Source: Myxococcales bacterium
Lineage (GTDB): Bacteria; Myxococcota_A; Polyangia; Polyangiales; DASUME01
DNA length: 64,000 nt
Assembly: GCA_047601445.1 (NCBI GenBank)
Contig: JASGJH010000001.1
Location: 3,744,001 to 3,808,000 of the forward strand
Reading direction: 5' to 3'
The notes beneath the pieces are model-generated. The model was not told where the DNA came from and did not search any database. It was given only the letters and a program-made list of their open reading frames with translations. Both the position numbers and the translations under genes were made by a program. Position 1 is the first letter of the stretch, and every line of letters starts with the position of its first letter. This document shows, piece after piece, positions 1 to 9,519 of the stretch.

Positions 1-2
1 GC

Positions 3-290
3 GAGGTACGTAAGTTCCCGCTCATCTACGGCCGCGATGGCGCCAACTACGTAGTCGTCGCCTCGAAGGGCGGCGCCCCCGAGAACCCGGGCTGGTACGA
101 GAACCTGATGGCGCACCCCAACATCGAGATCCAGGTGCACGACAAGGTCATCCCGGTGACGGCGCACACCGGGTCCGCGCAGGAGAAGGCGCGCGTCTGG
201 CCCACCATGACCGCGCAGTGGCCCGACTACGACAACTACCAACTGAAGACCAGCCGCGAGATCCCCGTGGTGATCTTGAGCCCGCGCTAG
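3..290 (+). CDS. Deazaflavin (F420)-dependent nitroreductase/oxidoreductase, Ddn family (5' truncated by window edge)
   Basis: Frame open from base 3: EVRKFPLIYGRDGANYVVVASKGGAPENPGWYENLMAHP...YDNYQLKTSREIPVVIL. The ASKGG..P.W..NL and R.IPVV.L motifs are typical of the Ddn family. Confidence 0.9.
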   Translation, partial: EVRKFPLIYGRDGANYVVVASKGGAPENPGWYENLMAHPNIEIQVHDKVIPVTAHTGSAQEKARVWPTMTAQWPDYDNYQLKTSREIPVVILSPR

Positions 291-440
291 GTTCCAACGC
301 AGTGCGGGAACCGCTGCGGCGAGCCGAACAGGGCCACATCTCGCCGATTTTACTGGAGATTAATCGCTGACGCCCGGGCTCGAGCGCGCTCCCGGGCATG
401 CGATCGCGCCCCCCACGCCTGGCCACCGCGAGCGCCGCGC

Positions 441-824
441 TCAAGCCATGTGGCAGCCAATGCACTCGAGGTACGCCGCCACGTCCTGATGCTCCGAGCT
501 GTCTTCGAAGTTGGTCGGCAGCACCTGCAGCTCATCGACTTCGCTCTTGGCGTGGGTGACGCGGAACATCTCCATGGCCAGCCAGGGACCGAGGCCAGGC
601 ACGCGCGCCACCAGCGCCTCGACCTTTCCTTCCCCATCGGCGATGCCACGCTTCACCAGCTCCATGGCGTCATTGACGCGCAGCTGCGCGTCCTCGCGCA
701 ATGCGAGCCCGAGCGCCTCGAGGGCCGCTTCCACACCAGCAGCCGCCTGCGCCACCTTGAGCGATGCGAGCTGCTTCGACGCTGCCGCTTCCGTTGCCAC
801 GCCTTGCTTGATCGTCAGTACCAT
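441..824 (-). CDS. Hypothetical protein
   Basis: Protein-like Ala/Glu/Leu helical ORF. ATG at 824 follows a purine-rich SD-like run. The frame is open upstream to 986. Confidence 0.5.
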   Translation of the reverse strand: MVLTIKQGVATEAAASKQLASLKVAQAAAGVEAALEALGLALREDAQLRVNDAMELVKRGIADGEGKVEALVARVPGLGPWLAMEMFRVTHAKSEVDELQVLPTNFEDSSEHQDVAAYLECIGCHMA

Positions 825-1072
825 CTTGTTTCCCCCATCGCGCGTGACGCGCGCGTTCGACTCGATGCGATACGCACGCAGTTCGGGTGCGCTCCCACCA
901 CGCGCTCCCGTGAACAACGCGTCGCTCACGCGACCCGTGTTCGTCCCGAGGCCCACCATCCCACCGGCACCGCGCGCTGACAACACACAAACTTGCTCTT
1001 TTTACTGCGGCGATTTCTCGTAGATCATGGGCGTGCCCCAGGCTTGGGACAGACCGAAAGCACCATCATCCG

Positions 1073-1792
1073 ATGTCCGAGGTTCGACTCATGCTCGCTG
1101 GAAACCAGCTCGTGCCCCACTCGACACTTCGCCTTCGCCCACCTTTCGCGCTGCTCCTCGCGCTTCTGTGCACCGACTGCGCGAATGCGGAGCGAGCATC
1201 CACCGAAAAGACGCAAGACCTACTTGAAACGCGTGCTCCCGCGCCGGCTCCGATCACGCCGCCGCAGGAAGCGAACGCCGCGCCGACCAACCCACCACAG
1301 GTCGCCACGCCCACACCCACTCCCGCGCCAAGTCCTGCCGTCGCAGGCGATGCCGCGGTGCGGGGGTCCGTGTCCGCAACGCCCAAGGACGGCGAGCTCT
1401 ACGCGGGCTCCCACAAGCTCGGCGTCAATCGCGTGACGGACATGGCGCGCACCGGCAACGTGACTTTCACGAACCGGGCCGGGAGCGTCGTGCTCGAGGG
1501 ACGTGTGGCGCGCGGCGAGCACTGGCTCGAACTCTCGGGTATCGTGGAGCCGAAGGGCCCCAAGCAGTTCGTGCTCACCGGGGTGATGCGGGGAGTGCCC
1601 GACATGGCCTGGGCAGGTGAGCCCCTGAGAGAGCGACGCACTGAAGGCCGCTTCTCCTTCGAGGTGAAGCACGGCCGCCCCTATTGGCGCCTCTACGAGG
1701 TCAACGATCGCCCCTGCGTGTGCGACGACGGGTGCGGCAACGACTTCTGCTACGTGGACATCGAGCTCGCGCCATCCGCCCCCGCAGACTAG
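1073..1792 (+). CDS. Hypothetical exported/lipoprotein with Pro-rich linker and Cys-rich C-terminus
   Basis: Hydrophobic stretch ending in Cys, PTPTPAP linker, C-terminal CVCDDGCGNDFC. Confidence 0.7.
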   Translation: MSEVRLMLAGNQLVPHSTLRLRPPFALLLALLCTDCANAERASTEKTQDLLETRAPAPAPITPPQEANAAPTNPPQVATPTPTPAPSPAVAGDAAVRGSVSATPKDGELYAGSHKLGVNRVTDMARTGNVTFTNRAGSVVLEGRVARGEHWLELSGIVEPKGPKQFVLTGVMRGVPDMAWAGEPLRERRTEGRFSFEVKHGRPYWRLYEVNDRPCVCDDGCGNDFCYVDIELAPSAPAD

Positions 1793-1838
1793 GGATCCCC
1801 CTCACGCCCCGGGTGCACGCTCGGCGTGGCAGCTTGCC

Positions 1839-2402
1839 TCAGTAGGAGAACTGCATGTTGGGGCCGAAGTAGGTGGCGCGAAAGGGCGTGGTTGCAAACC
1901 CCTGGTACGAGACCTCGAGCCCCACCGCGAGGCGCCTGCGCAGGGTCAGCAGGACGCCACCGCCCCCGAGGTAGCTGGCCCCGGTGTCGTTCTCGTGGCC
2001 GATGAAGCCGATGCCCACGCCACCCAGCAGATAGGGCAGCACCGGGCCCAGGCTCAATCCTGCACGGAGCGTCCCCAACCCCGCGATCGCCAGGAAGTCC
2101 TGAGTGACGTAGCCCGTGGCGCGCAGCCCGGGGGCCAGCACGACGGGGCCCAACCGGAAGTCGTAGTAGAAATCCCCGCTGAGGGCGAAGCCCACGTGAT
2201 GTTCGGGGCTGCGAAAGAAGGGGCCCGCGGTGAGGCCGAATTTCGGCCCGCGTGTGGCTTCTGCGACCTCTCGCGGGTTGGCGAGGGCCCGGGTCTCGAC
2301 GTTGGTGGCCTGGGCGGAGGCCAGCCGGGCGCTGCCGCTCAGCAGCAGCGACAGGAGCAAGAGCCGGGTGTAACGCACCAGCAGGTGGTCCTTCCACGTC
2401 AT
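1839..2402 (-). CDS. Putative outer-membrane beta-barrel protein
   Basis: Signal peptide, alternating amphipathic strands ([11 protein letters not shown]), aromatic C-terminus MQFSY. Confidence 0.7.
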   Translation of the reverse strand: MTWKDHLLVRYTRLLLLSLLLSGSARLASAQATNVETRALANPREVAEATRGPKFGLTAGPFFRSPEHHVGFALSGDFYYDFRLGPVVLAPGLRATGYVTQDFLAIAGLGTLRAGLSLGPVLPYLLGGVGIGFIGHENDTGASYLGGGGVLLTLRRRLAVGLEVSYQGFATTPFRATYFGPNMQFSY

Positions 2403-2638
2403 TTTTTCGGTCTACTGCCAGCTACCGATCCTCGCCATGTGCTGTACAAAAGCAGCGCGGCGCGCTCAGCTGCCCCGTGTCCCGCTGGGAATCCCGGCGA
2501 TCTGCGAATGCCTAGGCCAAGACAGGAGACGTGCGGTTGTGTCGAACCGATGGGATCTGCTAGTCGAATGGCCGAGCGTGCATACGTGCTGAGCAGCGCT
2601 GCGCCCGTAGCGAAACCAGTGCAAAGGAAAAAGCTGCC

Positions 2639-3169
2639 ATGAATGCAGTGAAGAAGACCACGAGCAGCAAGAAGAAGGGCACCGCCGAGGTGGCCAAGAA
2701 GCCCGCAGCGAGCGTCGCTCCGAGCGCCAAGGGAGCGGCCAAGGTGGCCACGAAGGCCGCCAAGAAGTCGAGTGGCAAGGATGCCAAGGCCGAGGCCGGC
2801 AAGAAGGCTCCTGCCAAGAAGGCGGCCCCCGCCAAGAAGGCGGCCCCTGCCAAGAAGGCAGCCCCCGCCAAGAAGGCAGCCCCCGCTAAGAAGGCGGCCC
2901 CCGCTAAGAAGGCGGCCCCCGCCAAGGCGCCTGCCAAGAAGGCAGCCCCCGCTAAGAAGGCGGCCCCCGCCAAGAAGGCAGCTCCTGCCAAGAAGGCGGC
3001 CCCCGCCAAGAAGGCGGCCCCCGCCAAGAAGGCAGCTCCTGCCAAGAAGGCGGCTCCCGCCAAGAAGGCGCCCACCAAGAAGACCTCGCCTGTTGCGAAG
3101 GCGCCCGCCAAGGCAGCGCCTGCCAAGAAGGCGCTCGCCAAGAAGACCACGGCCAAGATCTCCACCTGA
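2639..3169 (+). CDS. Histone H1-like (Hc2/AlgP-type) Lys/Ala/Pro-rich basic protein
   Basis: 13 AKKAAP repeats with synonymous third-position variation; AAAGGAAAA upstream of the ATG. Confidence 0.85.
   Translation: MNAVKKTTSSKKKGTAEVAKKPAASVAPSAKGAAKVATKAAKKSSGKDAKAEAGKKAPAKKAAPAKKAAPAKKAAPAKKAAPAKKAAPAKKAAPAKAPAKKAAPAKKAAPAKKAAPAKKAAPAKKAAPAKKAAPAKKAAPAKKAPTKKTSPVAKAPAKAAPAKKALAKKTTAKIST
2813..3058 (+). repeat. 18-bp coding tandem repeat GCYAAGAAGGCRGCYCCY (6 units, a 12-bp partial unit, 7 units)
   Basis: Directly visible; encodes AKKAAP. Confidence 0.95.
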
Positions 3170-3194
3170 AGGCGCCACGGCTGTGGTGATCGCC

Positions 3195-3761
3195 ATGGAA
3201 GATCTGAGCATCGCCTCCGACGACCAAGAGTCGGATCGCGACGAGGACCTGGAAGAGGCCGAGGTCGACGCGGACGAAGTCGTCGAGGCCGAGGGCGAGA
3301 CCGTGGAGGAGACGAGCACGCCGCGCACGGGCCGAGCCTCCTTCGAAGAAGAAGAAGACGAAGAAGAAGACGACGAAGAAGAAGACGAAGAGAACGAGGA
3401 AGAGGAAGAGAGCGCGGAAGAGGAAGAAGAGAACGAAGAAGAGAAGTCGTCGAGCTACGAAGACGAAGAAGACGAAGAAGAAGACGAAGACGAAGAAGAC
3501 GAAGAAGAAGACGAAGACAAAGACGAGCGCGCTGACAAAGAGGACGACGAGCGCGAGGAGTCGCGTGAGTTCGGACAGAGTGAATCCCGCGACGACGAAG
3601 AGCGCGACGAAGACGAAGAAGACGAAGAAGACGAAGAAGACGAAGAAGACGAAGAAGAGTACGAGCCCGGCGACGACTCCTCCGTTCGCGACGTCAACGA
3701 AGAGGACGACGACGAAGACGACGAAGACGACGAAGAAGACGAAGACGACGACGAAGACTGA
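3195..3761 (+). CDS. Extremely acidic Asp/Glu-rich disordered protein (or C-terminal half of a frameshifted fusion with 2639-3169)
   Basis: 188 aa [10 protein letters not shown]...EDDDED, dominated by GAA/GAC/GAG codons; weak GGTGAT SD upstream; frame open back to 2772. Confidence 0.75.
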   Translation: MEDLSIASDDQESDRDEDLEEAEVDADEVVEAEGETVEETSTPRTGRASFEEEEDEEEDDEEEDEENEEEEESAEEEEENEEEKSSSYEDEEDEEEDEDEEDEEEDEDKDERADKEDDEREESREFGQSESRDDEERDEDEEDEEDEEDEEDEEEYEPGDDSSVRDVNEEDDDEDDEDDEEDEDDDED

Positions 3762-4077
3762 CCAGGCAGAAAAGCCGGCTTGCTCCCCCATCGCAGTCTG
3801 GCTGCCTGACCCGCCTTGGTTTGTGCGCTCGCGCAGGCCGAACCACATGTGGTGCGGGCACTGCGCAAGGCCGCGAATCTCTCTTCAACGAAGCTCGAAA
3901 GCCGCCTCGCCATCGAGGCGTAATCAAGCCCACCATCGTGCAACATGGGCTTGCCTATCGGTGCATGATAGGTGGCAAACTTAAGCGCACAGAGTTTCGG
4001 GGGAACGACACCGCAGCGCCTCGCCCTTGGGGAGCGCATTCGTAGCGGTGCGCCCAAGCAGCGGAGGAACAGGTTTC

Positions 4078-4791
4078 ATGCGGAGAACGTGGACGGCGAT
4101 GTCGGTCTTTTTGTGGGCTTGTGCCGGCGGTCAAACGCCCCAGCTCAACACGGCCGCGGAGGCCAGCAGTGCCCAGCCCAAGTCGGCGGAGGAAGCTCCC
4201 GCTGCGGACGCCTTGAGCAAGAGCGCTCCTCAAACCGCCCAGAGCTCCGCCAACAACGCCAAGACCGTGCCTGCGCCCCAGGGCTGCACACCGAGCGCCG
4301 GTCAGCCCAAGACGGTCTCCGGTGAGAGCAGCGCGAGCGACAGCGCCGAGACGGGCCAGGCCCTGATCTTCGACGTCGCCGGCATCGGGCTCGAGTTCCC
4401 CGCCTGTACCCCGGAGACAGACGTCCGCGTGATCACGGTCTCGTGGGACACCAAAGATCGCCCCAACGCCTCGCATATCCATCCGAACTTCTCGCGACAC
4501 GCCGCCACCTTGCGCGTGGATCAGACGATCACCGCGCGCGACGGTTCTCCGCTGATGGTGCGCCTGCACAGCAAGCGCGAGCTCGCCAAGCCGGGCGAGA
4601 AGTTGGTGCTCGCGGTCGAGAGCAGCGGCGAATGCACCGACCAGAACAAGCGCGACAAGCTCGACGACGACGGTTGCTCGCAGTGGGCAATCTACGACGC
4701 GTCCTTCGACTCCCAGACCAACGAGATGGTCGCGCGCATCCCCGCCACGGGCGGCTATCGCATGCAGTTCGGCTGGCTTCCGAACAAGTAG
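4078..4791 (+). CDS. Hypothetical lipoprotein
   Basis: GGAGGA SD upstream; MRRTWTAMSVFLWAC lipobox; low-complexity linker followed by a globular domain. Confidence 0.75.
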   Translation: MRRTWTAMSVFLWACAGGQTPQLNTAAEASSAQPKSAEEAPAADALSKSAPQTAQSSANNAKTVPAPQGCTPSAGQPKTVSGESSASDSAETGQALIFDVAGIGLEFPACTPETDVRVITVSWDTKDRPNASHIHPNFSRHAATLRVDQTITARDGSPLMVRLHSKRELAKPGEKLVLAVESSGECTDQNKRDKLDDDGCSQWAIYDASFDSQTNEMVARIPATGGYRMQFGWLPNK

Positions 4792-4892
4792 TCACGCTTT
4801 GATCACGCGTGAGCGCGCGTCCTCGCACGCGCCTCGTGCCGAGCTCGGCGTTCTCGATTGACCGGCACCCGCTGCCGGTCATCGTGCTTTAA

Positions 4893-7073
4893 ATGCGTGA
4901 CCTTCTCCGGGCGAAAGCGCCGGTCGCAGCGGCCGCCGTGCTCCTGCTTCCGATCGGCTGCAGCAGGGACTCCAAAGAGGAAGCGACGCGCAGCGGCCAG
5001 TTCGAGCTCGGCACCTTCCGGGTCGAGGTCGGGACCGACGCCAGCCTGCGGGTCAGCCACGCGAGCCTGCCGGAGCGCGTGATCTTCTCGACGCCAGGCC
5101 ACTTCGTGCAGGCCTGGAGCGCGAGCGAGAGCCTGGAAGAGCAGAACGGCTCGGTGACCTTGAACGAGCAGGTCGACGAACGCTGCGACGAGCAGGGCGA
5201 GCTCTCCATCTCCCGAGAAGGAGACGGGCTCCGGATCGCGACCAGCCTCGATTGCAAGGGGGGAACGATCCCCGTCATGCTCAGGTTCGCACCGCTCGGC
5301 GATCGCGCACTCGGCTTTACGTTGAGCATCGCCCCACCCTCCGGCTCTCCGTTCAACCAAGTGGTGCTCACGCCCGAAAGCGTCGCCGGCGAGCGCTTCG
5401 TGGGCTTCGGCGAGCAGTTCAGCTACGTGAACCTGCGCGGGCAGGCCATGCCGATCGTGGTCCAGGAGGGCGGCATCGGGCGCGCGCCGGGCACCGTGCG
5501 CGACCAGGTGGAGGCCTTCGCACCCGGCACTGGCGGCAGCTTCTTCAGCACCTACGCTCCCATGCCCTACTACTTCACGGACCGCGGTCGCTCGCTCCTG
5601 CTCGAGAACAGCGAAGTAAGCTTCTTCGATCTCAGCGGCACGGACACGGTGAGCGTGCGGCTCGCTGGCCTGGACATGCGCGGGAGACTTCTGTTCGGCA
5701 AGACTCCAGGGGACATCGTGGCCGCCTTGAGCGATTACACGGGACGCATGCAGTCCTTGCCCGACTGGATTCAACGCGGCGCCATCGTGGGCATGCAGGG
5801 CGGCACGCAACGCGTGCGCGAGGTGCAGGCTCAACTCGCGGCGCTCGACACGCCCGTGGCAGCTTTCTGGCTCCAGGACTGGGTGGGCAAGCGCGACACC
5901 CCGCTCGGTTCACGCCTGTGGTGGAACTGGCAGCTCAACCAGACGCAGTATCCCGACTTTGCTCCGTTGGTCTCGGACCTGGCCGCCGCCAACGTCCACG
6001 TGCTCACCTACGTGAATCCGTACCTGGTCGACGTAGCAGGCGATCCGGCCTTCACGCGCAACCTCTACGCCGAAGCACGCGAACGCGGTTACTTGGTGAA
6101 GGACCGCGCAGGAAACCCCTATGTGCACGTGAGCGGAACCTTTCAGGCGGGCGTCGTGGATCTCACCAACCCCGCCGCGGTGCGCTGGCTGCAAGACGTC
6201 ATCCGCGACGAGCTGCTCGCCGTGGGTGCCACCGGCTACATGGCAGACTTCGGGGAGGGACTCGCGTTCGACGCCGTGCTCGCGAGCGGCGAGGCCCCCA
6301 CGCTCATGCACAATCGCTGGCCCGAGCTATGGGCCCAGCTCAACCACGACCTGCTGCAGGAGCAAGGCAAGCTCGGCGACGTCGTGTTCTTCACGCGCTC
6401 GGGCTTCACACGCAGCCCCAGCTGGTCGAGCCTGTTCTGGACCGGCGATCAGATGGTGGACTGGGATGCGAACGACGGCATGGCGAGCTCCCTGACGGGA
6501 CTATTGAGCTCCGGCCTCTCCGGCGTCAGCCTCAACCACACCGACATCGGCGGTTACACGGCCTTCGGCGGCGTGAAGCGGAGCGAAGAGCTGCTGCTGC
6601 GCTGGATCGAGTGGAGCGCGTTCACCACCCTTTTTCGAACGCACGAGGGCAATGCGCCGGCAGACAACGCGCAGATCTACAGCAATGCGAGGACGCTCGA
6701 GCATTTCTCGAAGTTCGCCAAGCTGTACGCGGCGCTCGCGCCCTATCGCAAGCAACTGATGCAGGACGCTCAAGCCACGGGCGCTCCCCTGGTGCGACAC
6801 CTGTTGCTCGAATATCCGGACGATCCGCGCGCGTGGGACGCCGGCACGGAGTTCATGCTCGGACCCGACGTGCTGGTGGCGCCGGTCTTTGCCCCGGGCG
6901 CGACGCGCGTGAGTCTCTATCTGCCAGCCGGCTCCTGGGTCCAGCTCTACACGGGCAAGACCTTCGCTACGCCGGGTGATATCGAGGTGGAGGCGCCCCT
7001 CGGACAGCCCGCCGTGTTCTATCGAGCAGGTTCGAATGTCGGACAGACGCTCGAAGCGGCCGCGGCGCCCTAG
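4893..7073 (+). CDS. GH31 alpha-glycosidase, YihQ/sulfoquinovosidase-like, with lipoprotein signal
   Basis: Motifs GMQGG, WLQDWVG..SRLWWNW, MADFGE (nucleophile), WTGDQ (acid/base), HTDIGGYT, RTHEGN; LLLPIGC lipobox. Confidence 0.9.
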   Translation: MRDLLRAKAPVAAAAVLLLPIGCSRDSKEEATRSGQFELGTFRVEVGTDASLRVSHASLPERVIFSTPGHFVQAWSASESLEEQNGSVTLNEQVDERCDEQGELSISREGDGLRIATSLDCKGGTIPVMLRFAPLGDRALGFTLSIAPPSGSPFNQVVLTPESVAGERFVGFGEQFSYVNLRGQAMPIVVQEGGIGRAPGTVRDQVEAFAPGTGGSFFSTYAPMPYYFTDRGRSLLLENSEVSFFDLSGTDTVSVRLAGLDMRGRLLFGKTPGDIVAALSDYTGRMQSLPDWIQRGAIVGMQGGTQRVREVQAQLAALDTPVAAFWLQDWVGKRDTPLGSRLWWNWQLNQTQYPDFAPLVSDLAAANVHVLTYVNPYLVDVAGDPAFTRNLYAEARERGYLVKDRAGNPYVHVSGTFQAGVVDLTNPAAVRWLQDVIRDELLAVGATGYMADFGEGLAFDAVLASGEAPTLMHNRWPELWAQLNHDLLQEQGKLGDVVFFTRSGFTRSPSWSSLFWTGDQMVDWDANDGMASSLTGLLSSGLSGVSLNHTDIGGYTAFGGVKRSEELLLRWIEWSAFTTLFRTHEGNAPADNAQIYSNARTLEHFSKFAKLYAALAPYRKQLMQDAQATGAPLVRHLLLEYPDDPRAWDAGTEFMLGPDVLVAPVFAPGATRVSLYLPAGSWVQLYTGKTFATPGDIEVEAPLGQPAVFYRAGSNVGQTLEAAAAP

Positions 7074-7298
7074 CCAAAGATTTGGTTCACTGGCTCACGT
7101 TCGAACGAGGCGAGTTTCCCCAGGTCTCCTCAGGTGCGTCGCGCGCCTACACGCGATTGGGGCCGCGCCTGCTGACCTGCGTGGCCACATGAGTAGCCTC
7201 GGTGCCCAAAGTGATCGAACACACTTCCTCGATCAACAATTGTGCGCTCTTCATTCCATCAACACTTGAGAAGTTGGTGCGCACTGTGCGACCCAACC

Positions 7299-7368
7299 AC
7301 TGCTCTCTTTCGGTGTTGGGGAAGAACACTGAGGGGTTCGCGATGTAGGTCCGCGAACGACGAGCGGT
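7299..7368 (+). promoter_or_regulatory. Candidate structured 5' leader (three-way junction)
   Basis: Hand-folded pairings 7299-7305/7362-7368, 7306-7317/7325-7336 and 7337-7342/7352-7357, ending 6 nt before GGAGG. Confidence 0.35.
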
Positions 7369-7387
7369 CACATTGGAGGATGGGAAC

Positions 7388-9511
7388 ATGTCCGAGCTAC
7401 TGGGCCGTGGCGCCGTGCGCGCCAGCTTGTTTGCCTTGAGTACGTTGCTGGTCGCCTGCGCGTCCGACCCGAAGCCTTCGTACGCCGGCGGCCCCTCCCC
7501 CTCCGAAAACGACGGCGACGACGCGGGCACTTCCGGTGACGATCCGGAGGACGCCTGCCCCGAAGACAACCCGTACTGCCAGGACGACGGCGACGACAAG
7601 GGCAACGACTGCGGGAGTGAGGCCATCGATCTCACCCCCGTGGGCGTGAACATCATGGTCGCGGTGGACGGGGCGTCCTCCATGTCCACGCATTGGACCA
7701 CCATCCAGAACGCGATCAAGGCCCTGCGCGACAGCCACCCGGACAGCAACGTGGGTCTGCAGATCTTCTGGGGTGAGATCGTGGGCGACCTCCAGGAGGG
7801 CCTGTCCAAGAGCAACTGGTGCGGCCAGACCAAGAACCACTTCCTCGATGTCGGGGCCAACACGGCCAAGGCGTTGGTGGACTTCCTCGGCGCCATGCCG
7901 CCCGGTCCGAGCTTCGTGGATCAGACCTGGGAAACCTCCCCGGTGATCGAGCCGCTCAACTACTACCTCAACAACACCACCAAGCTCGCCGACCCGGCGC
8001 GCACCAACTACCTGGTGTTCGTCACCAACGGCAACGACAACTGCTTCGGCTCGGTGTTCTCCAAGCAAGACGACAAGCTGCTTGCCTACGAGAAGCTCGC
8101 GGTGGAGCTCGGCAAGCTCAACATTCGGGTGATCCCGGTGGGCTTCGACGCTTCCGCCAAGCCCGGCTCCACGGGCAACTTCGGCACCATCAACGGCAAC
8201 ACCGACCTCGAAGTCCTGCAGACGTTGCTCAAGTTCGGCAACTCCGGCCTCAACGATGTGCCGAAGGCGGACGACCCCGCCAAGCTCGGCGACGTATTGA
8301 CCCAGGTCGGAGAGGTGGTGCGCAACTGCCGCTTCGAGATTCCCGCTGCGCTCAATCCCACCGATGCGATCAATCCCTTCCAGCTCGACTTCAGCATCAA
8401 CAACAAGATCATCCAGCGCGACCGACTGCGCGCCGAGGGCTGGAACTTCGTGGACGGCAACACCAGTCAGGTGGAGCTGTTCGGTAAGGCATGCCAGGCG
8501 GTGCAGGGCAAGGCCAAGCTAGAGGCGCACAAGACCTGCGCCGATGACATCTGCGGTACGGCGGCGGTGAAGGTCGAGACCAAGCCCCGTGCGGTGCAGT
8601 ACTTGCTGGACTCCTCGTGGTCGCGCACCGAGTGCGTCGACGGCAGCGTCTGGTGCAAGATCCCGCCCGGCGTGGGCGTCATGCGGCCCAACTCGTACTG
8701 GGAAGTGGTGGAGCACGCGCTCGGCGTCTCGCTGGTGGCGCCCATCAACGACGACATCGACTTCGGCATGCAGTTCTTCCCCGGCAAGAACGCCGAGGCC
8801 TTTACGTGCGACGTCGCGACCAACCCCGAGATCCCGCCCGCGCAGGGCACTGAAATCAGCATCATGAGCGCCATGCTCGAGAAGCTGCCGCTCGGCACGA
8901 GTCCCGTGGTGCAAGTTCTCGAGAACGTCGCTGCAGCTCCGGGACGTCTGGCGGATCCGAACGTCGAAGGCGCGGTGGTCATGCTGTCGGACGGCGGCGA
9001 CAACTGCGCTGGAGTCGATCAGGCCACGGTCGTGACTCGCCTCGGCGCGGCGGCAGCCAAGCTGCTCGCGGCCGGCGTGGAGACCTACGTGGTGCGCTAT
9101 GGCTCCGATGCCGCCAAGACTCCCGAGCAGGACGCCCAGCTGCGCGCCATCGTGGCCAACGGCGGCACCGCCAGCTCGGATCCGAGCGACATGAGCAAGG
9201 TGCCCTACGTGGACGCCAAGAGTGACCAGGAGCTCTCCGACGCCCTGGCCAGCATTTCGAGCAAGCTCGCGACATGCTCCTTCGCTCTCGGAGGTCTGCC
9301 GGCCGATGCCGACAAGACCCGCGCCAACCTCTACCTCAACGGCGAGGTCATTCCCTTCGATAGCGCACACAAGGCGGAGAAGGGTTGGGCCTGGCAAGAC
9401 GAGGCCACCAACTCGGTGCAGCTATTCGGAGAGTCCTGCGACGCCTTCAAGACCAATCGCAAGACGAGCGTGGTCGTGGAGTTCGGTTGCGAGCCGATCG
9501 ATCTGTTGTAA
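7388..9511 (+). CDS. Lipoprotein with two VWA-like domains (myxobacterial surface adhesin type)
   Basis: GGAGG SD; LLVAC lipobox; two VWA-like repeats (VDGASSM...FVTNG and LDSSWSR...MLSDG), each followed by a Cys-containing beta module (GW...VELFG.AC). Confidence 0.85.
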   Translation: MSELLGRGAVRASLFALSTLLVACASDPKPSYAGGPSPSENDGDDAGTSGDDPEDACPEDNPYCQDDGDDKGNDCGSEAIDLTPVGVNIMVAVDGASSMSTHWTTIQNAIKALRDSHPDSNVGLQIFWGEIVGDLQEGLSKSNWCGQTKNHFLDVGANTAKALVDFLGAMPPGPSFVDQTWETSPVIEPLNYYLNNTTKLADPARTNYLVFVTNGNDNCFGSVFSKQDDKLLAYEKLAVELGKLNIRVIPVGFDASAKPGSTGNFGTINGNTDLEVLQTLLKFGNSGLNDVPKADDPAKLGDVLTQVGEVVRNCRFEIPAALNPTDAINPFQLDFSINNKIIQRDRLRAEGWNFVDGNTSQVELFGKACQAVQGKAKLEAHKTCADDICGTAAVKVETKPRAVQYLLDSSWSRTECVDGSVWCKIPPGVGVMRPNSYWEVVEHALGVSLVAPINDDIDFGMQFFPGKNAEAFTCDVATNPEIPPAQGTEISIMSAMLEKLPLGTSPVVQVLENVAAAPGRLADPNVEGAVVMLSDGGDNCAGVDQATVVTRLGAAAAKLLAAGVETYVVRYGSDAAKTPEQDAQLRAIVANGGTASSDPSDMSKVPYVDAKSDQELSDALASISSKLATCSFALGGLPADADKTRANLYLNGEVIPFDSAHKAEKGWAWQDEATNSVQLFGESCDAFKTNRKTSVVVEFGCEPIDLL

Positions 9512-9519
9512 GGGCGGGC

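Noticed and set aside
3155..3172. Programmed +1 frameshift at ACC-TGA
   Set aside because: Not a recognised shifty site (unlike CTT-TGA or CCC-TGA) and no properly placed internal SD.
2399..4057. Poly-Phe/Val, poly-Ser, LAGAAF and KKT repeat ORFs
   Set aside because: Alternative frames and strands of the basic and acidic repeats. Synonymous variation supports the AKKAAP and D/E frames.
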